From NCBI GenBank assembly GCA_040752595.1, contig JBFMGX010000004.1, positions 91,440-155,439 of the forward strand: DNA of 64,000 bases. The letters are read 5' to 3'. The notes beneath the pieces are model-generated. The model did no database searches and was not told the origin of the DNA. It saw only the letters and a list, made by a program, of their open reading frames with translations. The stretch comes from Candidatus Zixiibacteriota bacterium (GTDB lineage: Bacteria > Zixibacteria > MSB-5A5 > WJJR01). Position numbers and translations under genes: made by a program. Positions 57,081-64,000 of this stretch are shown piece by piece; the stretch's first letter is position 1, and each line of letters opens with the position of its first letter.

Positions 57081-59005
57081 ACAGGGAATCCCATCGCCAC
57101 GAGAACGGCCCGCGCCGCGCGCCCCTGCTGCGTTTCTTGGCGTATGCGCGTCCCTACTGGCGGCATCTGTTGGTCTCGATGCTGGCCACCGTCTGCTTCG
57201 TCATCCTCTCAGCGGCGCTGATCTGGCTCGTCGGCCCGTTGGTCGGCACTCTGTTCGGCACGCACGTCTCTGTCCCCGGCGGAATCGCTCTGCCGGCATC
57301 CGGCCTGGGCGGCTCCGAGGGCGTTCTTGCCCGGATCAAGGCCGCCGTGCTCGGCTGGATGCACGATCTCGTGGTGCGTCCCGATCCCGTGGCCACGCTC
57401 GCGCGTCTCTGCGCCGCCATTCTCATGATCTCGCTGCTGAAGAACCTCCTCTTGTATGTCCAGACGTTCATGGTGGCGCTGGTGCAACAGCGGCTGATAC
57501 GCGTCCTGCGCGACCAGCTCTTCGAGCACTATCACGATCTGTCGCTGGCGTACTTCACGCGTACCCGGACCGGCCAGATCATTTCGCGTGTCGCCCACGA
57601 TGTCCGTGTCCTCAACGATATGCTCGATCTGGGCTTCTCGCACCTGTTGCGCGATCCGCTGCTGGTCCTGGTGCTGCTGGGTTCTCTCTTCGTCATCAGT
57701 TGGAAGCTGACCCTGCTGGCCCTGTTGGTTTTGCCCTTGTCGGTCGCGGCAATGACCATTGTCTGGCGCTACATGCGGCGCTATTCGCGACGCTCCCAGG
57801 AGCGAATGGCCGATCTGAACTCGATCCTCGAAGAATCGGTCGGCGGCGTGCGCGTGGTCAAGGCCTTCGGTATGGAGAAGTATGAAATCGGACGCTTCGG
57901 CGGTGCCAATCGCGCCTTCTATCGTGCCATGGTGAAGATGGCCCGCGTCCGTCTCGGCAGTTCCCCCGTCAATGAGTTCTTGGGCACCGTCGCCGGGGTC
58001 ACGATCCTCTGGTTTGGCGGCCGCGCGGTGCTTTCGGGTGCCGGGCTGTCGCCGAGCGATTTTCTCACCTACATATTCCTTGTCTTCTCCATGATTCAAC
58101 CGGTCAAGGTCCTGGCGAATGTCCATGCCAAGATCGCCGAGGGTCAGGCGGCCGCCGAGCGCGTCTTCGCCGCGCTCGATACGCCGGTCGAAGTGCAGGA
58201 TCTGCCGGGCGCGCGCCCCGTGGAGTCGTTCACTCAGGAAATCGTCTACACGGGTGTCGGCTTTCACTATGGGCAGGGAGAGTGGGTGTTGCGCGACATC
58301 GACCTGTCTGTCCCGAAGGGGCATTCGGTGGCGCTGGTCGGTCCCTCCGGCGGGGGGAAGTCGACACTCTGCGACCTTCTAGCCCGGTTCTACGATCCGG
58401 TCGAGGGCGCGATCCTCCTCGATGGCGCCGATCTGCGCTCCTTCACCGTGCGTTCCTTGCGCGCCCATCTCGGCGTCGTGACTCAGGATGTGGTCTTATT
58501 CAATGACACCGTCGTGCGCAACATCGCCTATGGTTGTCCCGATGTCGACATGGCGCAGTTGCGCCGGGCGGCCGATGCCGCCTACGCCTTGGAGTTCATC
58601 GAGGCGCTCCCCGAAGGATTCGACACAGTCATCGGTCCGCGCGGCGCCCGCCTCTCCGGGGGACAAAGGCAGCGTTTGGCGATCGCCCGCGCGATCTTCA
58701 AGGACCCGCCGATTTTGATCTTCGATGAGGCCACCAGCGCGCTCGACACCGAATCGGAGTTCGCCGTACAACGCGCCATCGACAATCTCCTCCACGACCG
58801 CACCGCGCTGATCGTCGCCCACCGGCTGTCGACCATCCGCAACGCCGATCTGATCGCCGTGGTCGATGGCGGGCGCATCGTCGAACGCGGCCGCCATGAG
58901 GAGCTGTTGGCCCGAGGCGGACTCTACTGCCGTCTCCATGCCATGCAGTTCGCCGATGAATCCTCCACTCCGGAACCCGATGCCTCCCCGCGTCCTGTTC
59001 TGTGA
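57077..59005 (+). CDS. msbA: ABC transporter permease/ATPase, MsbA-like lipid A/lipid exporter.
   Basis: Six TM helices precede a nucleotide-binding domain with Walker A GPSGGGKST, signature LSGGQRQRLAIARA and Walker B ILIFDEATSALD. Confidence 0.75.
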   Translation: MNRESHRHENGPRRAPLLRFLAYARPYWRHLLVSMLATVCFVILSAALIWLVGPLVGTLFGTHVSVPGGIALPASGLGGSEGVLARIKAAVLGWMHDLVVRPDPVATLARLCAAILMISLLKNLLLYVQTFMVALVQQRLIRVLRDQLFEHYHDLSLAYFTRTRTGQIISRVAHDVRVLNDMLDLGFSHLLRDPLLVLVLLGSLFVISWKLTLLALLVLPLSVAAMTIVWRYMRRYSRRSQERMADLNSILEESVGGVRVVKAFGMEKYEIGRFGGANRAFYRAMVKMARVRLGSSPVNEFLGTVAGVTILWFGGRAVLSGAGLSPSDFLTYIFLVFSMIQPVKVLANVHAKIAEGQAAAERVFAALDTPVEVQDLPGARPVESFTQEIVYTGVGFHYGQGEWVLRDIDLSVPKGHSVALVGPSGGGKSTLCDLLARFYDPVEGAILLDGADLRSFTVRSLRAHLGVVTQDVVLFNDTVVRNIAYGCPDVDMAQLRRAADAAYALEFIEALPEGFDTVIGPRGARLSGGQRQRLAIARAIFKDPPILIFDEATSALDTESEFAVQRAIDNLLHDRTALIVAHRLSTIRNADLIAVVDGGRIVERGRHEELLARGGLYCRLHAMQFADESSTPEPDASPRPVL

Positions 59006-60083
59006 CTCGTCAGCCGATTGGGGTGGCGTCGAACACTGGATGACCATCACCGCCGGTGAGTTGCACCGCCGGGGATGGAGTGTGACCGTGGCCGGACGCG
59101 CAAAAGGAGAGCTTCTGGCCCGATCCGCTGCCGCAGGGGTGCCGACCGTGGGGTGGCCGTTTCGCTGGGTGATCGATCCCGTCACCGTCTGGGCAGCGCG
59201 GCGCTACATGTTGCGGGAACGACCTGAACTGACCGTCGTCGCGCTCGGGAATGACATCCGCACTGTGAAGTTGGCGTCGGCAAGTATGCGCATTCCGATC
59301 GTCTGGCGCCTCGGTGTGCCCTACCCGCGACTCGGGATGCGCCATCGACTAACCGGGAAAGGCGGTGTGGATCGCGTGATCGTGCCCTCGCAATTCATGG
59401 CGGCGCGCCTCGCCCAGAATGCTTGGTTGAAGGGGAAGATCGATGTCATCCCCAATGGCCTCGGGGCGGTCGAAGTCCCTTCGGCGTCCCGCGTTGCCCA
59501 GACCCGGCGGGACTTGGGTTGGCGTGATGACGAGATCGTCATTCTCTGGGTGGGACGCTTCAAACTCCAGAAGGGAGTTGATACCCTCCTTCAAGCATTC
59601 GCCGCGTTGCGGCGTTTATCCGAGCCTCAACAACTGCGCCTCGTCCTCGTCGGCACCGGTCCCGAGGATATGCGATTGCGTCGTCTGTCCGAGTCACTCG
59701 GACTGGAGCATGTCGTGGAGTTTGCCGGCTACCAGCGCGAGCCATCGCCCTACTTCGATGCCTGCGACATTCTCGCGCTCCCGTCCCATGTTGAGACGTT
59801 CGGCAACGTGCTGCTGGAAGCGATGGCGCGCGCCAAGCCGATTGTGGCCTCGAACACCGGCGGCATTCCGGAGGTCGTCGGCCCCGATTCTGCCCTACTG
59901 GTTCCCGCGCAGGATGAATCGGCGTTGACCGCATCTCTCCATGAGCTTGTCTCTAACCTTTCACGTCGACGCACCATGGGCGAGGCGGGACGGCAACGCT
60001 TCCTGGCGCACTTCACATTGGAGCGGATGGGAGACGACATTGAGTCGTCCTTCCGACGAATCTTGGATCCGACGTTGGGTTGA
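58980..60083 (+). CDS. Glycosyltransferase family 4.
   Basis: The N-terminus MPPRVLFCDSSADWGGVEHWM and the C-domain EX7E (EAMARAKPIVASNTGGIPEVV) are present. The gene overlaps the msbA 3' end by about 26 nt. Confidence 0.7.
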   Translation: MPPRVLFCDSSADWGGVEHWMTITAGELHRRGWSVTVAGRAKGELLARSAAAGVPTVGWPFRWVIDPVTVWAARRYMLRERPELTVVALGNDIRTVKLASASMRIPIVWRLGVPYPRLGMRHRLTGKGGVDRVIVPSQFMAARLAQNAWLKGKIDVIPNGLGAVEVPSASRVAQTRRDLGWRDDEIVILWVGRFKLQKGVDTLLQAFAALRRLSEPQQLRLVLVGTGPEDMRLRRLSESLGLEHVVEFAGYQREPSPYFDACDILALPSHVETFGNVLLEAMARAKPIVASNTGGIPEVVGPDSALLVPAQDESALTASLHELVSNLSRRRTMGEAGRQRFLAHFTLERMGDDIESSFRRILDPTLG

Positions 60084-60151
60084 TCGCTATGAGGGGCTTG
60101 AGACCAGCACCGTGCCCGTGCTACCTGGAGTTGACGGCGTCCCGCATTGAT

Positions 60152-60232
60152 TGTAGGGGCACAGCGTGCTGTGCCCGGCATCGTGACCGATGTGGTGGTC
60201 GGTAAAGGGCACGGCACGCCGTGCCCCTACAG
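60152..60232. repeat. REPIN-like inverted doublet of REP units (TGTAGGGGCACAGCGTGCTGTGCCC … GGGCACGGCACGCCGTGCCCCTACA).
   Basis: Two internally palindromic REP-like units lie in inverted orientation about 30 bp apart between two paralogous GT4 genes. The outer inverted repeat is tgtagggg / cccctaca. Confidence 0.55.
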
Positions 60233-60282
60233 ACTGATCGAGGGATTTCCACCAATTCAAATTCCCATCCCTAGGACCGCCC

Positions 60283-61392
60283 ATGCCTTCGCGAGACCAC
60301 AGCGTCCTCTTCTGCGACAGTCTCCCTTTCTGGGGCGGTGGTGAGCATTGGATGGTCACGATGGCCGGGGCCATCAGGGAACGAGGCTGGCAGGCGACCA
60401 TTGCCGGACGTCACGGCGCCGAGATCATCAATCGCGCCATCTCCGTAGGCGTCCCGACGGTTGCCTGGCCCTATCGTCGCGATTTCGACCTCGCCACGAT
60501 CATCGCCGCGCATCGATATCTCAAGTTCAACCGCCCTGATTCGGTTGTCCTCACGACGGGACGCGACATCCGCACAGTCGGGCTGGCCGCTCGTTGGCTT
60601 CGAATTCCCGTGGTCTGGCGCATGGGGCTGAAGCCCAAGCACAACTGGATTCATCGCGTCACCGGACGATGGGTCGTGGACCACGTGCTGGCGCCGTCCG
60701 AGTATGTCCGCGGTGAGCTGGAGCAATTCCCCTGGTTGCGCGGCAAGACAACCGTCATTCCCAATGGCATTGCACCGATACCACCACCCGACATCGAGCG
60801 CATTCGCGCGGCGCGGATGGCGCTGGATCTGCCGACGGACGAGTTGATCATCCTCTACGCGGGCCGCCTGCTCGCCGTCAAAGGTGTTGATATCCTGATC
60901 CGGGCGTACGCGGCCCTTGTTCCCCCGTTCCCTGGGAGCCGACTCGTTCTCGTCGGTGACGGCGGCGATCGCGAACGCTTCCAACGTTTGGTTGTCGACG
61001 CCGGCATCGAGGGGCACGTGGAATTCCGGGGTTACACGACAGATCCCGCCGCGTATCTTGACGCCTGCGATCTGCTCGCGCTGGCATCGCGGTCCGAGAC
61101 CTTCGGCTTCGTACTGCTGGAAGCGATGCAGCGGGGCAAAGCAATTGTTGCGACTCGTGTCGGCGCGGTATCGGAGGTCGTGACGGATGAGTGCGCCCTC
61201 TTGGTGCCGCCGGAAAATCACCAGTCCCTGTCGGAGGCGATCGGTGCATTGCTGTCGGATGCAGCCCGTCGCCGGGTGCTCGGCGAGGCCGGGCACCGCC
61301 GTTTCATGCAACACTTCACCGCGGACCGAATGATCGAGTCGACCATGCAGTTCTTCGAACAGGTGATCGCCGACCACCAGCGGATGAGGTAA
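60283..61392 (+). CDS. Glycosyltransferase family 4, paralogue of the 58980 gene.
   Basis: The N-terminus MPSRDHSVLFCDSLPFWGGGEHWM and the region EAMQRGKAIVATRVGAVSEVV are present. The domain order matches the 58980 gene. Confidence 0.75.
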   Translation: MPSRDHSVLFCDSLPFWGGGEHWMVTMAGAIRERGWQATIAGRHGAEIINRAISVGVPTVAWPYRRDFDLATIIAAHRYLKFNRPDSVVLTTGRDIRTVGLAARWLRIPVVWRMGLKPKHNWIHRVTGRWVVDHVLAPSEYVRGELEQFPWLRGKTTVIPNGIAPIPPPDIERIRAARMALDLPTDELIILYAGRLLAVKGVDILIRAYAALVPPFPGSRLVLVGDGGDRERFQRLVVDAGIEGHVEFRGYTTDPAAYLDACDLLALASRSETFGFVLLEAMQRGKAIVATRVGAVSEVVTDECALLVPPENHQSLSEAIGALLSDAARRRVLGEAGHRRFMQHFTADRMIESTMQFFEQVIADHQRMR

Positions 61393-61393
61393 C

Positions 61394-62539
61394 ATGCGCA
61401 TCATCGTCTCAGCCACACTCGGTGGCGGCAGTGCCGGTACCTGGTACGCCGTGGAAACCGCGCGACGGCTGGCGCAGCGCGGCCATGAGATCCGATATCT
61501 CTCGCGACCGGGGCGCAGCGCTCTCGCCAGGGCCCAGGCCGCGGGGCTCTCGGTGGTCGACGACATCGACCTCGAAGAGAAGTCGCCATTGCGTGCCAAC
61601 CGCAACCTCCGGCGGCTGACATCACTCGCCCGCCAGTTCCGACCCGATGTCATCCTTGCGCATGGCGGCGAGGACCACGCCTTCTGGGGTGTGGTCAAGG
61701 CACTGCGGGCGCGCCATGTCGTGCTGATTCGCGTCCGCGCCCTCGACCCCAAGCTGCCGCGCCGCCATATGCTGTCGCGCTGGCTGCACAAACGCGCCAC
61801 CGACGTCATCGTGACTGTCAACAGCCGACACTATGCGGCCTACCAGAGTCGCCTGAAGATTCCCCCTGACCGACTTCGTATCATCGAAGCCGGCGTCGAG
61901 CCGGCGGACTTCGCCGATGTGAGCGACGCCGCGCATGCCGCCAACGCCATCGAACTTCCGGCCGGGAAGCAGATTGTCGTGATGGTGGCCCGCTTCGCAC
62001 CGATCAAGGGACATCGTGTTCTGTTGACCGCGGCCGCCAGGATCAAACGGATCCGCGACGATGTCCACCACCTCTGGATTGGGTACCCGCAGGCCTATAC
62101 GGCGGAGGCATTGCATCGCCGGCTGGTCGAAGCGAACCTCACGAACGATGTGACGATCATCGACCGCCGCCTGCCGGCGCTTCCGGCGCTGCTGGCGCAT
62201 TGTCAACTGGGTGTGGTTGCTTCGATCGGCTCGGAATCCCTGTCGCGTTCGCTCCTGGAATATTTGGCCTCGGGTCTGCCGGTGGCGGCGACTTCTGTCG
62301 GCGGGATTCCCGACCTGATGGCGCGCGGCGATTTTGGCCGTCTCATGCCGCCGGACAATCCGGAGGCGCTGGCACAGGCGATTCTGGGACTCCTCGGCGA
62401 CACGGAGCGTCGGCAGGCCTGTGGCCGACGTGGCCGCGAATACGTTCTCAGTCACTGCACTTGGGACCAGCGTGTTGATCAGTGGGAAGAGCTTCTCGTG
62501 CAGGCGGTGGCGGCCCGGGGCGGATCCGCCAGATCGTGA
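61394..62539 (+). CDS. Glycosyltransferase family 4.
   Basis: The N-terminus MRIIVSATLGGGSAGTWYAVETARRLAQRGHEI and a C-terminal GT-B nucleotide-sugar domain are present. The start lies 2 nt after the previous stop. Confidence 0.75.
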   Translation: MRIIVSATLGGGSAGTWYAVETARRLAQRGHEIRYLSRPGRSALARAQAAGLSVVDDIDLEEKSPLRANRNLRRLTSLARQFRPDVILAHGGEDHAFWGVVKALRARHVVLIRVRALDPKLPRRHMLSRWLHKRATDVIVTVNSRHYAAYQSRLKIPPDRLRIIEAGVEPADFADVSDAAHAANAIELPAGKQIVVMVARFAPIKGHRVLLTAAARIKRIRDDVHHLWIGYPQAYTAEALHRRLVEANLTNDVTIIDRRLPALPALLAHCQLGVVASIGSESLSRSLLEYLASGLPVAATSVGGIPDLMARGDFGRLMPPDNPEALAQAILGLLGDTERRQACGRRGREYVLSHCTWDQRVDQWEELLVQAVAARGGSARS

Positions 62540-62679
62540 GCAAGCGGGTGCCATTCACACACCGAGGGGCCGGGCCGTATACTTATGTGACCGCCCTCGG
62601 CAGGGCCGCGGGACCCGGCGAAGCGCTACGCCGGTTACAACTGGCTGCAACAGGCCATTCGACCGATCTCACATATGAG

Positions 62680-64000
62680 TGAGCAAGCGACCGCACACTT
62701 TCGCATTCAACGGCCCGCCGAGATGAACTTGGCGGAGTTCATCATCCGGGTCGAGGCGGAGAACGCCAACGTCGACGTCTCGCTGTTGCGACGCGCCTAC
62801 GAGTTTTCCGAGATCGCCCATCACGGGCAGAAACGCGAGTCGGGCGAGCCCTACATCAACCATTGTCTGGCGGTCGCCATGATCTTGGCCGAGCAGCACC
62901 TCGACACCGCGACCATTGCGGCGGGATTGATCCACGACGTCGTCGAGGACACTGCCCACGGTCTCGATGCCGTGCGGGAACGGTTCGGCGCGGAGATCGC
63001 CGATCTGGTCGACGGCGTGACCAAGATCTCCGGGATTCAGTTCAAAAGCTATGCAGAGGAGCAGGTCGAGTACTTCCGCAAGATGCTGGTCTCCATGGCG
63101 CGCGATATCCGCGTCATCATCATCAAGCTGGCGGACCGCCTGCACAACATGCGCACCTTGGAGTTCCTCGACGCCGGCAAGCAACACCGCATCGCCGCCG
63201 AGACGCGCGAGGTGTATGCCCCCCTGGCCCACCGCTTCGGGATGGCGCGCATCAAATGGGAACTGGAGGACCTCTCGCTCAAGTATTTGCATCCCGGGGT
63301 CTACCGCGAGCTGGTCGAAAAGGTGGAGCTGCGTCGCGAGGAACGCGAGGCTTATATCGGTGAGGTGACAACGCCCTTGGGGGCGGCGTTGGCGCGCGAG
63401 GAGATCCGTGCCGACATCAGCGGACGGGCCAAACACCTCGATTCCATCTATCGCAAGATGGTCAAACGCCGCAAGGCCTTCGAGGACATCTATGATCTGA
63501 TCGCCATCCGCGTCATCACCGGCACCGAGCGTGATTGTTACCATGCTCTCGGCGTCGTCCACACCCTGTGGACCCCCGTGGTCGACCGCTTCCATGACTA
63601 CATCGCCACACCGAAGACCAACATGTACCAGTCAATCCACACGACCGTCATCGGGCCGCGGGGGCGGATGGTGGAAATCCAGATTCGCACGCACTTGATG
63701 CACTACACCGCCGAGTATGGCATCGCCGCCCACTGGCTGTACAAGGAGGGGAAACGAGAGTTCGCCCGCGGCGATCGGCAGATGGGCTGGCTGCGCGAGG
63801 TTCTGGAATGGCAGAAAGAGACCCGCGACCCCAAGGAATTCCTCGAGCTGTTCAAGACCGATCTGTTCCAGGATGAAATCTACGTCTTCACGCCCCGCGG
63901 CGAGTTGAAGCCGTTGCCGGTGGGCGCCACGCCGGTCGACTTTGCCTATGCGGTTCACACCGCCGTCGGGCATCACTGTATCGGCGCGCGGGTCAACGGG
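62680..64000 (+). CDS. spoT: Bifunctional (p)ppGpp synthetase/hydrolase RelA/SpoT-family protein (5' part, truncated by the window edge).
   Basis: An HD hydrolase domain (…HHGQKRESGEPYINHCLAVA…) is followed by a synthetase domain (…DLIAIRVI…RFHDYIATPKTNMYQSIHTTV…). The reading frame is open to the end of the window. It is absent from the + strand ORF track because no stop codon is reached. Confidence 0.9.

Noticed and set aside
61622-63595. - strand ORFs of 310 and 308 aa.
   Set aside because: They are antisense to the GT4 gene and to the spoT/relA-like gene. The latter reads cleanly on the + strand from 62680 to the window edge and is missing from the + ORF track only because it lacks a stop codon.

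Overview
This 64-kb window has about 65-67% GC and is densely coding, mostly on the + strand. It looks like a Gram-negative FCB-group bacterium (Gemmatimonadota-like or a related candidate phylum). The phylum guess rests on two secreted proteins with a type-IX-secretion C-terminal sorting domain, an approximately 2000-aa SprA-like outer-membrane protein, and lipoprotein and LPS genes.

The core is a complete division and cell-wall (dcw) cluster: mraZ-rsmH-ftsL-ftsI-murE-murF-mraY-murD-ftsW-murG-murC-ftsQ-ftsA-ftsZ, with many ATGA or TGATG start/stop overlaps. murB and ddl are missing from their usual position between murC and ftsQ. murB lies about 3 kb away, translationally coupled to a DUF1844 gene downstream of recG.

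Other housekeeping genes are valS, priA, purM, lnt, recG, rsmD-coaD, comEA and a truncated relA/spoT at the 3' edge. An LPS-core-type cluster runs GT9 heptosyltransferase, msbA-like ABC exporter, then three GT4 genes. A second glycan cluster runs FemAB-like acyltransferase, GT4, GT4, GT2.

Accessory content includes an octahaem c-type cytochrome lipoprotein and a DUF4139 protein followed by a secreted TPR protein. A translationally coupled small secreted protein and M64 metallopeptidase with dockerin-like repeats are encoded on the - strand. A C25 (gingipain-like) peptidase and a regulator-propeller protein both carry the type IX secretion CTD. A giant SprA-like beta-barrel sits beside an M28/glutaminyl-cyclase-like lipoprotein.

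Intergenic regions carry several families of short palindromic repeats. These are REP-like GTAGG-plus-palindrome units, a REPIN-like inverted doublet, and a nested-hairpin element (AACCTCTCCC...GGTGAGGGAAT) that always lies in the 5' leader of a + strand gene. A T-tract terminator and an AT-rich island in front of ftsZ are also present. No tRNA, rRNA, CRISPR array or transposase gene was seen. Most long - strand ORFs in the six-frame track are antisense artefacts of high-GC genes.
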